A DNA stretch of 64,000 nucleotides from Thermodesulfovibrionales bacterium (GCA_030682405.1 JAUXOF010000015.1:697-64696), one strand, 5' to 3'; positions 37,825 through 49,256 are shown, counted from the stretch's first letter. The notes: a model not told the origin generated them from the sequence alone. Numbers and translations are program-made.

Positions 37825-37881
37825 GCGTAACCGGAATTTAACGGCCCTGTAACGATTCTGTAACATTTAAAATGCGAGAAT
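37825..37881 (+). promoter_or_regulatory. Pho-box array and candidate -10 of the pstS promoter
   Basis: Four 7-mers with an exact 11-bp phase: gcgtaac (37825), atttaac (37836), ctgtaac (37847), ctgtaac (37858). GAGAAT at 37876-37881 starts 12 bp downstream of the end of the last repeat. Confidence 0.65.
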
Positions 37882-38912
37882 ACACACAAGCAAAAGGAGA
37901 GAGAATGATAAAGAAGATTTCAGCTTTGGTTTTGGCGGTGTTTTCAGCGCTGGTGATTGCGAGGGCGGTTTACGCCGGGGAGATAATCAGGATAGACGGC
38001 TCAAGCACGGTCTATCCGATAACCGAGGCCGTTGCCGAGGAGTTCCAGAAGGCCGAAAAGGGAAAGGTCAACGTCACAGTCGGCATATCAGGCACAGGCG
38101 GGGGGTTTAAGAAGTTCTGCGCCGGGGAGACGGACATAACCGACGCCTCAAGGCCGATTAAGGCGTCCGAGGTTGAGGCATGTAAGAAAAACGGCATAGA
38201 GTACATCGAACTGCCGGTCGCGTACGACGGGCTTGCAGTGATGGTCCATAAGAAAAACAACCTGGTCAACCACATTACCGTAAAAGAGCTAAAGACGATA
38301 TGGGAACCCGCGGCACAGGGCAAGATAATGAAATGGAGCCAGATACGGCCCGAATGGCCGGAAAAGGAGATACACCTCTACGGCCCGGGCGTTGATTCCG
38401 GCACGTTCGACTACTTCACCGAGGCGGTGGTCGGCAAGGCACAGTCAAGCAGGGGCGACTTCACGGCAAGCGAGGACGACAACGTGCTCGTTCAGGGCAT
38501 CGCAACCGACCCCGGCTCGTTAGGGTTTTTCGGCGTTGCATATTACGAGCACAACAAGGACAAGCTCAAGCTCGTCCCGGTTGACGACGGAAAGGACGAA
38601 AACGGGAAAGGCCCGGTGCTCCCGACCTACGACAACATTCTGAAGGGCCTCTACCAGCCTCTCTCAAGGCCGATATTCATCTATGTCTCAAAGAAGTCGG
38701 CTATAAAGCCCGAAGTCCAGAGGTTTACGAAGTTCTACATGAAAAACGGCGCCAATCTCGTAAAGGAAGTGGGCTATATAGCGCTTCCTGAGAAGGCATA
38801 CGAGCTTGGCCTTAAGAGGTTTGAAAAGGGCATGACAGGGTCCGTGTTCGGAGGCCACGGGGTGCAGGTCGGGGTGAAGATAGAAGACCTCTTAAAGAAG
38901 GAAGGACAGTAA
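37872..38912 (+). CDS. pstS: Phosphate ABC transporter substrate-binding protein
   Basis: Signal peptide followed by [13 protein letters not shown] and GISGTGGGF motifs. The likely true start is the ATG at 37905, which is preceded by AAGGAGA. Confidence 0.93.
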   Translation: MREYTQAKGERMIKKISALVLAVFSALVIARAVYAGEIIRIDGSSTVYPITEAVAEEFQKAEKGKVNVTVGISGTGGGFKKFCAGETDITDASRPIKASEVEACKKNGIEYIELPVAYDGLAVMVHKKNNLVNHITVKELKTIWEPAAQGKIMKWSQIRPEWPEKEIHLYGPGVDSGTFDYFTEAVVGKAQSSRGDFTASEDDNVLVQGIATDPGSLGFFGVAYYEHNKDKLKLVPVDDGKDENGKGPVLPTYDNILKGLYQPLSRPIFIYVSKKSAIKPEVQRFTKFYMKNGANLVKEVGYIALPEKAYELGLKRFEKGMTGSVFGGHGVQVGVKIEDLLKKEGQ

Positions 38913-38915
38913 GGT

Positions 38916-39821
38916 TTGGCCCGAAGGGTTACAAGGAAAGGGCTTAGAAGGGCAAAGGTAAAGCTCATAGAGGGGGCGCTTTTTCTAAGCGCCCTCTTCT
39001 CCGTGCTTGTGACCGCCGGCATCGTAGCGGTGCTTTTTTTTGAGACCGCAGAGTTCTTTAAAGAAGTCCCGATACTGGACTTTCTTACGGACTCCCAGTG
39101 GACCCCGCTTTTTGCAGACAAGCACTTCGGCATACTTTCCCTTTTTGCAGGCACTTTCCTTACTACGGCAATAGCGATGGCTGTTGCCCTTCCGATTGGG
39201 CTCATAAGCGCAATCTACCTGAGCGAGTACGCCTCCTTGGGCGTAAGGTCAACCATAAAGCCTGCCCTTGAGGTGCTTGCCGCAGTGCCTACTGTGGTTT
39301 ACGGATACTTTGCGCTTCTTTTCGTAACCCCGCTTCTTCAGAGACTCATCCCGGACCTCTCCGGCTTCAACTCCCTCTCGCCGGGCATCGTCATGGGGAT
39401 AATGATAATACCCATAGTGTCCTCCCTAAGCGAGGACGCTATGCACGCAATACCTATGAGCCTTAGAGAGGGCGCCCTTGCCCTCGGGGCGACGAGGTTT
39501 CAGGTGGCAACGAGGGTGGTTCTTCCTGGGGCGCTTTCCGGGGTTGCGGCCTCTTTCATACTGGGGATATCGAGGGCCGTGGGCGAGACCATGGTCGTTG
39601 CGATTGCAGCCGGGCAGCAGCCCCGGCTGACGCTAAACCCGCTCGTCCCCATCGAGACAGTCACGGCATACATAGTTCAGGTGAGCTTGGGGGATACGCC
39701 CACAGGGACTATTGAGTTTAAGACGATATTTGCGGCAGGCATGAGCCTGTTCGTGGTCACGTTCGTTCTTAATATCTTCAGCTATCTTCTTAAGAGAAGG
39801 TTCAGGGAAGTCTATGAATAA
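38916..39821 (+). CDS. pstC: Phosphate ABC transporter permease PstC
   Basis: TTG start, 6 TM segments, and an EAA-type loop ([15 protein letters not shown]). Confidence 0.92.
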   Translation: MARRVTRKGLRRAKVKLIEGALFLSALFSVLVTAGIVAVLFFETAEFFKEVPILDFLTDSQWTPLFADKHFGILSLFAGTFLTTAIAMAVALPIGLISAIYLSEYASLGVRSTIKPALEVLAAVPTVVYGYFALLFVTPLLQRLIPDLSGFNSLSPGIVMGIMIIPIVSSLSEDAMHAIPMSLREGALALGATRFQVATRVVLPGALSGVAASFILGISRAVGETMVVAIAAGQQPRLTLNPLVPIETVTAYIVQVSLGDTPTGTIEFKTIFAAGMSLFVVTFVLNIFSYLLKRRFREVYE

Positions 39822-40722
39822 GACCGCCAGGATAAACCGCATAAACAGGCTCTATGACAGGCTCTTTGCCGCAGCGGGGCTTCTTGCCACTCTCGTCGGG
39901 CTTGCCGTGCTTCTTGTCCTGCTCATGGACGTCCTTTTTGACGGGGCATCGAGACTCAACTATCAGTTCCTGACAAGCTATCCCTCAAGGAAGCCTGAGG
40001 AAGCCGGGATACTTTCGGCATGGGTCGGCACGGTATGGGTCATGGCGCTTACAGGGCTCATAGCGTTCCCTCTTGGGGTGGCCGCAGCCACATACCTTGA
40101 GGAGTACGGAAGGAAAAGCAGGCTTAATGAGTTCATAGAGATAAACATCGCAAACCTCGCGGGCGTGCCGTCCATCATATACGGCCTTCTCGGTCTTGAG
40201 CTTTTCGTGCGGCTTTTGGGTCTTCAAAGGAGCGTGCTTGCAGGCGCGCTTACCCTCACCCTCGTTGTCCTGCCGGTTGTGATAATCTCAACGAGAGAGG
40301 CCCTGAGGGCGGTGCCGCAGTCCATAAGGGAGGCATCCTACGCCCTCGGCGCGGACAAGTGGCAGACCGTAAGGGAGCAGGTGATTCCGGCGGCAATGCC
40401 CGGCATAATGAGCGGCGTCATACTTGCCATGTCAAGGGCGATTGGGGAGTCCGCCCCGCTTATAACAATAGGCGCGCTGACTTACATAGCGTTTCTTCCG
40501 ACAAGCCCGATATCAACGGAGTTCCCCTTCATAAGCCTCAAGGGGCTTTTTGAAGACTTCACCGTGCTGCCGATACAGATTTTCAACTGGGTCTCCCGGC
40601 CCCAGAAGGGGTTCTCCGAGAACTCGGCAGCAGGCATTATCGTGCTCCTTGCTATAGCGCTTTTTATGAACGGCCTTGCCATATTCCTAAGGCGCAGATT
40701 CGCAAAGAGGGTAAGGTGGTAG
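39814..40722 (+). CDS. pstA: Phosphate ABC transporter permease PstA
   Basis: EAA-type loop ([15 protein letters not shown]). The start overlaps the pstC stop. Confidence 0.92.
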   Translation: MNKTARINRINRLYDRLFAAAGLLATLVGLAVLLVLLMDVLFDGASRLNYQFLTSYPSRKPEEAGILSAWVGTVWVMALTGLIAFPLGVAAATYLEEYGRKSRLNEFIEINIANLAGVPSIIYGLLGLELFVRLLGLQRSVLAGALTLTLVVLPVVIISTREALRAVPQSIREASYALGADKWQTVREQVIPAAMPGIMSGVILAMSRAIGESAPLITIGALTYIAFLPTSPISTEFPFISLKGLFEDFTVLPIQIFNWVSRPQKGFSENSAAGIIVLLAIALFMNGLAIFLRRRFAKRVRW

Positions 40723-40729
40723 CCCTGAA

Positions 40730-41521
40730 ATGAATTCGGCATTTAATCCGGCATATAACCCTGCATCCGGGCCGGCATTTAAAATAGAGGGCTTAAACGC
40801 CTTCTACGGCCCCAAGCAGGCGCTCAAGAACGTCGGCATCGGGATTCCCCAAAAATCCGTTACTGCGCTCATCGGCCCGTCGGGCTGCGGAAAGAGCACT
40901 TTCATCAGGTGCCTAAACAGGATGAACGACCTGATACCGGTCTTCAGGCTTGAGGGGAAAATCCTCTTTGACGACACCGACATATATTCGAAAGAGGTGG
41001 ACGTAATAGACATCAGAAGACGGATAGGCATGGTGTTTCAGAAGCCAAACCCGTTCCCAAAGAGCATTTACGAAAACATCGCCTACGGCCTGAGGATTCA
41101 GGGCATAAACAAAAGGGACGTCCTTGACGGCACGGTGGAGGAGAGCCTCAGAAAGGCCGCGCTCTGGGATGAGGTCAGCGACAGGCTCAAAGAGCCTGCC
41201 CTCTCGCTCTCTGGCGGACAGCAGCAGCGGCTCTGTATCGCAAGGGCAATAGCGGTGGAGCCCGAGGTCATGCTCTTTGACGAGCCGTGCTCCGCGCTCG
41301 ACCCCACGGCAACGGCAAAGATAGAAGACCTCATCCTCGAACTTAAAAAGGACTACACGGTCGTCATCGTCACTCACAACATGCAGCAGGCCGCAAGGGT
41401 CTCCACCCAGACCGGGTTCTTCCTTTTGGGCGAGCTTATAGAGTTTAACGGCACGGACAGGATATTCACTAATCCGGCGAATAAGGTGACAGAGGAATAC
41501 ATAACAGGGAGGTTCGGCTGA
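40730..41521 (+). CDS. pstB: Phosphate ABC transporter ATP-binding protein
   Basis: Walker [10 protein letters not shown], signature LSGGQQQRL, Walker B MLFDEP, plus the PstB-typical motif NRMNDL. Confidence 0.96.
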   Translation: MNSAFNPAYNPASGPAFKIEGLNAFYGPKQALKNVGIGIPQKSVTALIGPSGCGKSTFIRCLNRMNDLIPVFRLEGKILFDDTDIYSKEVDVIDIRRRIGMVFQKPNPFPKSIYENIAYGLRIQGINKRDVLDGTVEESLRKAALWDEVSDRLKEPALSLSGGQQQRLCIARAIAVEPEVMLFDEPCSALDPTATAKIEDLILELKKDYTVVIVTHNMQQAARVSTQTGFFLLGELIEFNGTDRIFTNPANKVTEEYITGRFG

Positions 41522-42201
41522 TGGCTATTTTCGACGAAGAGCTTGCGCATCTGAAGGAGAAGATATTGAAGATGGGCCTTCTCGTTGAAGGCTCGATAAG
41601 GGACTCCATCAAGTCCCTCGTGGAGCGGGACGGCGAGCTTGCAAGGGAAGTGATAATGCGCGACCACCAGATAAACGCCCTCGACGTGGAGATAGACGAG
41701 GAGGGCATCAGGCTCATAGCCCTAAGGCAGCCCAAGGCATCCGACCTGAGGTTCATAGTAACCGCGCTTAAGATTACCTCCGACCTCGAAAGGATGGGCG
41801 ACCTTGCCGAGGACATATGCGAAAGGGCGATAGAGCTTAACGAAGAGCCGCAGCTTAAGCCCTATATAGACATACCGAGGATGGCCGAGATAGCACAGGG
41901 GATGCTCGTTGACGTGCTCGATGCTTTCATTAAAAAAGACACCACCGCTGCATACGATATAATAAAAAGGGACGACGAGGTGGACGGGCTGACCGTCCAG
42001 ATATTCAACGAGCTTCTGTTTTTCATGATACAGGACCCGAGGACGGTCTCAAGGGCCATAAAGATAACCTACATCGCAAAATACCTCGAACGCATAGCAG
42101 ACCATGCGACGAATATCGCGGAGATGGTGCTGTACATGATAGAAGGCAAAATCATAAGACACATGACCCGCGAAGACATAGAGAGGCTTGAGGGCAACTG
42201 A
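41521..42201 (+). CDS. phoU: Phosphate signalling complex protein PhoU
   Basis: Two PhoU repeats (DLERMGDLAEDI and YLERIADHATNIAE). Confidence 0.93.
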   Translation: MAIFDEELAHLKEKILKMGLLVEGSIRDSIKSLVERDGELAREVIMRDHQINALDVEIDEEGIRLIALRQPKASDLRFIVTALKITSDLERMGDLAEDICERAIELNEEPQLKPYIDIPRMAEIAQGMLVDVLDAFIKKDTTAAYDIIKRDDEVDGLTVQIFNELLFFMIQDPRTVSRAIKITYIAKYLERIADHATNIAEMVLYMIEGKIIRHMTREDIERLEGN

Positions 42202-42271
42202 TGACATGGGAACTGCGGACTTTGATTTGATTTAAACCATACAAATCCCTCCTGTATTCTGCGAAAATAAA

Positions 42272-43441
42272 TCAGGATGCCTTTTTAAACGCGAGCGCCG
42301 CGTTTACGCCTCCGAAGCCGAAGGAGACGGACACTGCGGCGCTGATTTCACATGCCCTAAGGCTGGTTACAAAATCAAGGTCAAAATCCGGCTCCGTAAG
42401 ATTTGCAATCGCCGGGATTATGCCCGTGTGGATGCTCATTACCGTGGAGGCGGCCTCGAATGCGCCGGATGCCGCAAGCATATGCCCGGTCACGGACTTC
42501 TGGCCGCCTACCGGAATCCTTTTTTCAGCGAAGAGCTTTATGGCCTCGGCCTCTGACCTGTCGCCTGCCTGTGTGCCGGTTGCATGGGCGTTTATGTAAT
42601 CAACCTCTTCCTTGCCCAAGCCCGCCTCCTCAACCGCCGCCATGATGGCCTCTGCCTGCGTCCGGCTGTCCGGCCTTGTCTCATGAAGGGCATCGGCTGT
42701 ATTGCCGTAGCCTGAGAGCTCGGCATAAATCCTTGCGCCGCGCCTGAGGGCAAAGGCGTAATCCTCAAGCACAAGCACGCATGCCCCTTCTGCAAGCACA
42801 AAGCCGTCCCTTTTTCTGTCAAACGGCCTCATGACCCCGCTTTTGGAAAGCGCGCCTGCTGCGCCGTACCCTTCGATTGAGAGCCTGCACACAGGCGCCT
42901 CCGCGCCTCCGGCAAGCATGACGTCCGCTACTCCGTGCTTTATCATCCTCGCCGCCTCGCCCACTGCGTTTGCGCCGGATGCGCAGGAGTTGGATATGCC
43001 GAGGCAGTGGCCCTTCACCCCGGCCTTTTTTGCGGCATATGATGAGGCCATGGATATTGTTGTTGCAGGCATGAGATAGGCAGAGGCCCGACGGCTGTTT
43101 AACGACCTCTCAATCGTTGTTATGCCTCCCCTCCCCGAGCCGATTACCACGCCCCCTTTTTTTATCTCCTTAAGCCCTGCATCCTCAACTGCCATGAGCG
43201 CGGATGCCACTGAGTAGTGCACAAACGGGTCAAGCCGCTTCATCTCCTTAGGGCCGAGATACGCCCCGGCATCAAAGCCCTTGAGCAGCCCCGCGGTCCT
43301 CCACGGGCCTCTTACCTCTATCCCCTCAAGCGGCCCGATTCCTGATTTCCCGGCCTTAAGGGACTCCCACGATTCGGCAAATGTGTTTCCCGCCGGAGTG
43401 ACCGCGCCTATGCCTGTTATGACCACCCGCCTCATTGTCAA
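42272..43441 (-). CDS. Beta-ketoacyl-ACP synthase, KAS I/II type (Cys-His-His)
   Basis: Active-site Cys SNSCASGANA and His motifs INAHATGT and VTGHMLAASG. The gene is stand-alone, with no other fab genes nearby. Confidence 0.85.
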   Translation of the reverse strand: MTMRRVVITGIGAVTPAGNTFAESWESLKAGKSGIGPLEGIEVRGPWRTAGLLKGFDAGAYLGPKEMKRLDPFVHYSVASALMAVEDAGLKEIKKGGVVIGSGRGGITTIERSLNSRRASAYLMPATTISMASSYAAKKAGVKGHCLGISNSCASGANAVGEAARMIKHGVADVMLAGGAEAPVCRLSIEGYGAAGALSKSGVMRPFDRKRDGFVLAEGACVLVLEDYAFALRRGARIYAELSGYGNTADALHETRPDSRTQAEAIMAAVEEAGLGKEEVDYINAHATGTQAGDRSEAEAIKLFAEKRIPVGGQKSVTGHMLAASGAFEAASTVMSIHTGIIPAIANLTEPDFDLDFVTSLRACEISAAVSVSFGFGGVNAALAFKKAS

Positions 43442-43540
43442 CTATAATATCATAAGAGGTTTACAAAGGGCGCTGCCGCACTCCGGCAGGGGGTTGTTGA
43501 GACTTATTTCAGGTGATAGACTTTATGTTAAAATAACCAA

Positions 43541-45703
43541 ATGGCTTTTTCTAAAAACGACATGGAAAGCATAATATCCGCCTCCCACGGAGACCCCTTC
43601 GGAGTGCTGGGGCCGCACCGCACGAAAAAGGGCTTTGTAATACGGGCGTTTCTTCCGGGCGCAAAAGAAGCGTTTGTCATTTTGGGCAGGGAGCGCCTAC
43701 GGATGAAGATGCTCCATGCAGAGGGTTTTTTTGAGTGCCCACTTGAAAAAGAGCCGTCTCCTTATATGCTTGAAACTCCCGGAGGGGTGCGGTTTAACGA
43801 CCCCTATAGCTTCCCGCCGCTTCTTACCGACTACGACCTTTACCTTATGGGCGAGGGGACTCATTATAAGAACTACGAGAAATTGGGAAGCCACGCGAGG
43901 GAGTCCGGCGGCATAAAGGGGGTGCATTTTGCGGTCTGGGCGCCCAATGCAAGGCGGGTGAGCGTGGTCGGGGACTTCAACGGGTGGGACGGAAGAAGGC
44001 ATCCGATGAGAAAGCACCACGGCGCAGGCATATGGGAGATATTCATACCCGGAATCGGAGAGGGCGCAATATACAAGTATGAGATACTTTCAAGCCATCT
44101 TGCGCTTAAGACGGACCCCTACGGGTTTTATTCCGAGATACGGCCGGACACCGCCTCTATCGTATGGGACATCGGCAAACACCAATGGCAGGATGGGGAC
44201 TGGATGAAAAGAAGGCAGAAGAAGAACTGGCTCGGCTCCCCGATGGCGATATACGAGGTGCATCTCGGCTCATGGATGCGGGTGCCGGAGGAAGGCAACA
44301 GGGTTCCCTCCTACAGGGAGCTTTCAGAAAGCCTCATCCCGTATGTAAAGGAGATGGGCTATACGCACATTGAGCTTCTGCCCGTGACCGAGCACCCCTT
44401 GGATGAGTCGTGGGGGTATCAGACCATAGGGTATTTCAGCCTGACAAGCAGGTTCGGCAGGCCAGAGGACTTCATGCACTTTGTGGACTCCTGCCACCAA
44501 AGCGGGATAGGCGTAATCGTGGACTGGGTTCCTGCACATTTCCCCAAGGACGCCCACGGACTGGCGTTCTTTGACGGCACATTCCTTTACGAGCACGAGG
44601 ACCCCAGGCAGAGGGAGCATATGGACTGGGGCACGCTCATATTCAACTACGGCAGGGCGGAGGTTGCAAACTTCCTCCTTACGAGCGCGCTCTTCTGGCT
44701 GGAAAAATACCACATAGACGGCCTGAGGGTGGACGCCGTGGCCTCAATGCTTTACCTTGATTACTCCCGCGTCCCGGGCGAGTGGATGCCGAACATATAC
44801 GGCGGAAACGAAAACCTGGAGGCGCTCGCCTTTATAAAGCGGTTCAACGAGCTGTGCCATGAGCGCCATCCCGGCGTGCTCACCATAGCCGAGGAGTCCA
44901 CGGCATGGCCCATGGTCTCAAGGCCGACGTACGTCGGGGGGCTGGGCTTTTCCCTGAAGTGGAACATGGGCTGGATGCACGACGTGCTCCTTTATTTCTC
45001 CAAAGAACCCGTGCACAGGAAATACCACCAGAACAACCTCACCTTCGGCCTGCTTTATGCGTTCAATGAAAATTTTGTCCTCGTGCTTTCCCACGACGAG
45101 GTGGTGCACGGAAAGCGGAGCATCCTTGACAAGATGCCCGGGGACCTCTGGCAGAAGTTCGCAAACATGAGGCTGCTTTACGGATACATGTATGCGCATC
45201 CGGGGAAAAAGATGCTTTTTATGGGAGGGGAGTTCGGGCAGTGGGTAGAGTGGGATTCGGGCTCAAGCCTCCAGTGGCACCTGCTTGAGTACGGGCCGCA
45301 CGGAAGCCTCCAGAGATATGTAAGGGACCTCAACAGCCTCCTTAAGAGCGAGCCGTGCCTGTATGAGCTTGATTTTGACTGGCGGGGGTTTCAATGGATA
45401 GACTTCTCGGACAGCGACTCGTGCGTGGCTTCGTTCATAAGGAAGTCAAACGACCCCGTGGACTTCCTCGTCTTTGTCTTTAACCTCACTCCTGTCCCGC
45501 GGTACGACTACATAGTGGGCGTTCCGAAAAAGCTCGTATACAGGGAGATTATGAACAGCGACTCTGAAATCTACGGCGGAAGCAACATGGGAAACGGCGG
45601 ATGGGCAGTGGCAGAGGACCTCCCCTATAGCGGGATGCCTTATTCCCTCCATCTCACTCTCCCGCCGCTTGCGATGCTCGTATTTAAGCCGCAGGGGGGT
45701 TAG
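43541..45703 (+). CDS. glgB: 1,4-alpha-glucan branching enzyme
   Basis: 720 aa. GH13 regions [17 protein letters not shown] and EESTAWP. Confidence 0.95.
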   Translation: MAFSKNDMESIISASHGDPFGVLGPHRTKKGFVIRAFLPGAKEAFVILGRERLRMKMLHAEGFFECPLEKEPSPYMLETPGGVRFNDPYSFPPLLTDYDLYLMGEGTHYKNYEKLGSHARESGGIKGVHFAVWAPNARRVSVVGDFNGWDGRRHPMRKHHGAGIWEIFIPGIGEGAIYKYEILSSHLALKTDPYGFYSEIRPDTASIVWDIGKHQWQDGDWMKRRQKKNWLGSPMAIYEVHLGSWMRVPEEGNRVPSYRELSESLIPYVKEMGYTHIELLPVTEHPLDESWGYQTIGYFSLTSRFGRPEDFMHFVDSCHQSGIGVIVDWVPAHFPKDAHGLAFFDGTFLYEHEDPRQREHMDWGTLIFNYGRAEVANFLLTSALFWLEKYHIDGLRVDAVASMLYLDYSRVPGEWMPNIYGGNENLEALAFIKRFNELCHERHPGVLTIAEESTAWPMVSRPTYVGGLGFSLKWNMGWMHDVLLYFSKEPVHRKYHQNNLTFGLLYAFNENFVLVLSHDEVVHGKRSILDKMPGDLWQKFANMRLLYGYMYAHPGKKMLFMGGEFGQWVEWDSGSSLQWHLLEYGPHGSLQRYVRDLNSLLKSEPCLYELDFDWRGFQWIDFSDSDSCVASFIRKSNDPVDFLVFVFNLTPVPRYDYIVGVPKKLVYREIMNSDSEIYGGSNMGNGGWAVAEDLPYSGMPYSLHLTLPPLAMLVFKPQGG

Positions 45704-45795
45704 CAACCCCTTTATAGCGCAAGGGTTCGCGGCCTCCCTTCGCAACTCTTTGACTTTATCCGGCTTCTGTGTAAAAATAAAACTCATTTGAGGCC

Positions 45796-47046
45796 ATGCA
45801 TCTATTTAACTATAAAGGAAGCGAGCTTTACGCAGAGGGAGTCCGGGTAAGGCTGCTTGCGGAAAAATACGGCACGCCCCTTTACGTCTACAGCGCAGGC
45901 ACCCTGCTTGCGCATCTGAACGCCTACAAAGAGGCATTTGACGGGTTCCCCAACATCATCTGCTACGCCCTGAAGGCCAACTCCAACATCGCCGTACTGA
46001 GGCTTCTCGGAAGGCACGGCTCCGGTGCGGACATAGTCTCCGGGGGCGAGCTTTTCAGGGCGCTTAAGGCGGGCATACCGGCAAAAAAGATTGTCTACGC
46101 AGGCGTCGGAAAGACAGAGGAGGAGATACGATACGCCCTGGGAAGCGGGATACTGATGTTTAATGTGGAATCCGGAGAGGAACTGAGGGAGATAGACAGG
46201 GTGGCGGGCGCAATAGGGAAGAAGGCGCCGATTGCCCTGAGGGTGAACCCGGACATAGACCCTGAGACTCACCCCTATATCGCAACCGGCCTTAGGAAGC
46301 ACAAATTCGGCATTCCCATAGATGATGCGCTTCAGTTCTACAGGCTCGCCGCTTCCTTAAAGAATATTAAAATCATGGGGGTGCACAAGCACATAGGGTC
46401 TCAGATTACAAAGGTAGGCCCGTATGTGGACGCCCTGAAAAAAACCCTTCTCCTTGTGGACAGGCTTAAAGAAAGCGGGATAAACATCCGCTATCTGGAC
46501 ATGGGCGGGGGCTTGGGAATCCCTTACGATACCGAGACTCCGCCGAACCCCAAAGAGCTTGCCGGACGCATCCTGCCGCTTCTTAAGGGAAGAACCAACC
46601 TGACCCTCATAGCAGAGCCGGGCCGCTCCATTGCAGGCAATGCCGGGATACTCGTCTCAAAGGCCCTCTATCTCAAAAAAACAGCGGAGAAGGAATTTCT
46701 TATAGTGGATGCCGGGATGAACGACCTCCTAAGGCCATCTCTCTACGGCGCATACCACAGGATTGTGCCTGCGGTTAAGGGCAGGAGGAAGAAATCAGTT
46801 CAGGACGTAGTAGGCCCGATATGCGAGTCAGGGGATTTCCTTGCACAAGACAGGGAGCTTCAGAGGGTGCATGCCGGGGAGTATATTGCAGTGATGAGCG
46901 CCGGGGCATACGGGTTTTCAATGGGCTCAAACTACAACAGCAGGCCCCGGCCCGCAGAGGTGCTTGTCAGGGGAGACCGCCACTTCCTCATAAGAAAGAG
47001 GGAGGAGTACGAAGACCTCATAGAAGGAGAAAGGTTTATCCCTTAA
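45796..47046 (+). CDS. lysA: Diaminopimelate decarboxylase
   Basis: 416 aa. YALKANSN (PLP lysine), GGGLGIPY and CESGD motifs. It lies directly upstream of dapF. Confidence 0.93.
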   Translation: MHLFNYKGSELYAEGVRVRLLAEKYGTPLYVYSAGTLLAHLNAYKEAFDGFPNIICYALKANSNIAVLRLLGRHGSGADIVSGGELFRALKAGIPAKKIVYAGVGKTEEEIRYALGSGILMFNVESGEELREIDRVAGAIGKKAPIALRVNPDIDPETHPYIATGLRKHKFGIPIDDALQFYRLAASLKNIKIMGVHKHIGSQITKVGPYVDALKKTLLLVDRLKESGINIRYLDMGGGLGIPYDTETPPNPKELAGRILPLLKGRTNLTLIAEPGRSIAGNAGILVSKALYLKKTAEKEFLIVDAGMNDLLRPSLYGAYHRIVPAVKGRRKKSVQDVVGPICESGDFLAQDRELQRVHAGEYIAVMSAGAYGFSMGSNYNSRPRPAEVLVRGDRHFLIRKREEYEDLIEGERFIP

Positions 47047-47871
47047 ATGGCCATTGAGTTTACCAAGATGCACGGCCTCGGAAACGATTTCATCGTAATA
47101 GACTCAAGGGGCATTGCGCTTCCCGACCTGCCCGGACTCTCAAAGAAACTCTGTAATAGGAGATTCGGAGTGGGCGCGGACCAACTCCTCGTTCTTCTGG
47201 AATCCGATTCCGCGGATTTCAGAATGAGGATATTCAACCAAGACGGAGGAGAGGTGGAGATGTGCGGGAACGGCATCCGATGCCTTGCAAAATACATATG
47301 GGACAGGGGGCTTTCCGGCAGGGAGACCCTTGATATTGAAACCCTCGCAGGAATAATAAAACCGGAAAAGTCAGGGGAACTCATAAGGGTTGACATGGGA
47401 GCGCCGGCGCTTGAGGCAAAAGACATACCCGTTAATCTTAAAGGCAGGGTAACAGATTACCCGCTTGAGGTTGACGGCAGGGTGTTTGACATAACCTGCG
47501 TTTCAATGGGCAACCCCCATGCAGTCATATTCGTTGACAATGTTTCGGAATTCCCTGTAAGTTATTACGGGCCGCTGATTGAGAGCCATCCGCTCTTCCC
47601 TAAAAGGACGAATGTGGAATTCATAGAGGTATTAAACCCGGATGAGATACGGATGAGGGTGTGGGAAAGGGGCGCGGGCATGACAATGGCCTGCGGCACA
47701 GGCGCCTCTGCCTCTGCGGTTGCATCCAACCTAAAGGGGCTGACCCGCGAGAAGGTCAAGGTGCTTCTTGAGGCCGGAGAGCTTTTCATAGAATGGCCGG
47801 CGGGGGGGCATGTCTATATGACAGGGCCTGCGGAAGAGGTTTTTGAAGGAAGGATAGAGATTGAAAACTAA
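47047..47871 (+). CDS. dapF: Diaminopimelate epimerase
   Basis: Motifs HGLGNDFIVID, catalytic MCGNGIRC and ACGTGASA. Confidence 0.93.
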   Translation: MAIEFTKMHGLGNDFIVIDSRGIALPDLPGLSKKLCNRRFGVGADQLLVLLESDSADFRMRIFNQDGGEVEMCGNGIRCLAKYIWDRGLSGRETLDIETLAGIIKPEKSGELIRVDMGAPALEAKDIPVNLKGRVTDYPLEVDGRVFDITCVSMGNPHAVIFVDNVSEFPVSYYGPLIESHPLFPKRTNVEFIEVLNPDEIRMRVWERGAGMTMACGTGASASAVASNLKGLTREKVKVLLEAGELFIEWPAGGHVYMTGPAEEVFEGRIEIEN

Positions 47872-49237
47872 GACGACAAAATCTTCAAATAAGAAAGTAA
47901 AATTCTCAAAAAAACCTAACAAGGCCGTCCTTGCCGTCCGAGAGGTTCAAAAAAACTTCAAAGGCGAGAGAATGCTTAATAAAGCTCAGCCGCCGGATTC
48001 TTTCTGGGCGTATAATACAAAGGGGCTTCCCAAGGACGAACAATTACTGCTTCTTGACAATGTTCAGTTTATCTACGAATTAGCTTTAGCCAAACTCGAA
48101 CTGCAAGCTATCGGGGCAAGTTTTGAAATGACAAACGGGCTTAGAGAATTTAAGTTATTGCACACGGAAGAAACGGAAGAAGATGAAGAGATGTTTAGAA
48201 AGAAGTTGGCTTATTTTAAAATTGTGAAAGGCAAATATACGGATTATTTTCAAATCATCCAAAAAAATAGAACAAGGTCTGTAAATCAATATCTAACCCA
48301 TTGGATTTATCCTTATAAAGGGAAATTTCATCCCCAGATGATCAGGGCCTTGATGAATATTATCGGACTTGAGCGCGGCGATACCGTTTTAGACCCATTT
48401 GTGGGCAGCGGCACGGCGGCGGTCGAGGCCCAACTGCTGGGAATTAATTTTATAGGTGTTGATGTATCGCCTCTTTGTGTCCTTCAAAGCGGCGTAAAAA
48501 CGGAATCCATATACGCCCTGTCGGAGATTTTAGAATGGAAGCAGCGTGTAATCACAAAGATGAGACCTCATTTATTCAATATTAATGAAGGCACCATTGA
48601 TAATGCCATAGATGCGATTCCGGACGAAAAAGTAAGAAATTTCTACAATATGGCAAAGCTCGTCGCCGTAAGCGATACAGAGAGAAGAGGCAGGGTCTTT
48701 TCCAATTCGTTTCTGAAAAATTTAGAGGTGATGATAGCTTCCGTTGAAGACTATGTTCAAATAGTCAAAAAGCTCGGCCTGAAATTAGGCAAGGTGGACA
48801 TAAGAACGGGAGACGCGAGGGCTTTGCCCTTGAAAGATGGAAGCATTGATGGAATAATCACTTCTCCCCCCTACTCGCTTGCCTTAGATTATGTCTCAAA
48901 CGATGCCCATGCCCTTAAAGAATTAGGCTGCAACGTTCCTGAGATACGAGAAGAATTTATAGGCGTGCGGGGCCGGGGGGATGCTAAAATTGATTTATAC
49001 GATAAAGATTTGGAAAAAAGCATGGAAGAAATGCATAGGGTGCTCAAGCCGAATAAATATGCAGTTATAGTTATCGGCAACGCCACATATCAGGGACATG
49101 AAGTAAAGACCGTTGAATTCACAATGAATCATGCAGAAAGGATTGGATTCAAACTCGTTAAAAATATAGACAAGATTATTTTCGGGCTTTATAACGTGAT
49201 GCTGAAGGAAAATATTTTAATTTTCAAAAAACAATAA
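47861..49237 (+). CDS. SAM-dependent DNA (N4-C or N6-A) methyltransferase, SPPY type
   Basis: Motif X/I YPYKGKFHPQ...VLDPFVGSGT (48392-48415) and motif IV SPPY (48863-48874). AT-rich composition. The start is uncertain: TTG at 47861 or ATG at 47972. Confidence 0.8.
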   Translation: MKTKTTKSSNKKVKFSKKPNKAVLAVREVQKNFKGERMLNKAQPPDSFWAYNTKGLPKDEQLLLLDNVQFIYELALAKLELQAIGASFEMTNGLREFKLLHTEETEEDEEMFRKKLAYFKIVKGKYTDYFQIIQKNRTRSVNQYLTHWIYPYKGKFHPQMIRALMNIIGLERGDTVLDPFVGSGTAAVEAQLLGINFIGVDVSPLCVLQSGVKTESIYALSEILEWKQRVITKMRPHLFNINEGTIDNAIDAIPDEKVRNFYNMAKLVAVSDTERRGRVFSNSFLKNLEVMIASVEDYVQIVKKLGLKLGKVDIRTGDARALPLKDGSIDGIITSPPYSLALDYVSNDAHALKELGCNVPEIREEFIGVRGRGDAKIDLYDKDLEKSMEEMHRVLKPNKYAVIVIGNATYQGHEVKTVEFTMNHAERIGFKLVKNIDKIIFGLYNVMLKENILIFKKQ

Positions 49238-49256
49238 GAAATAGAAGGGGCTATTA

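Noticed and set aside
45704-45795. Lysine riboswitch upstream of lysA-dapF-dapA
   Set aside because: The leader is only about 90 nt, far shorter than an L-box, and shows only one weak imperfect hairpin.
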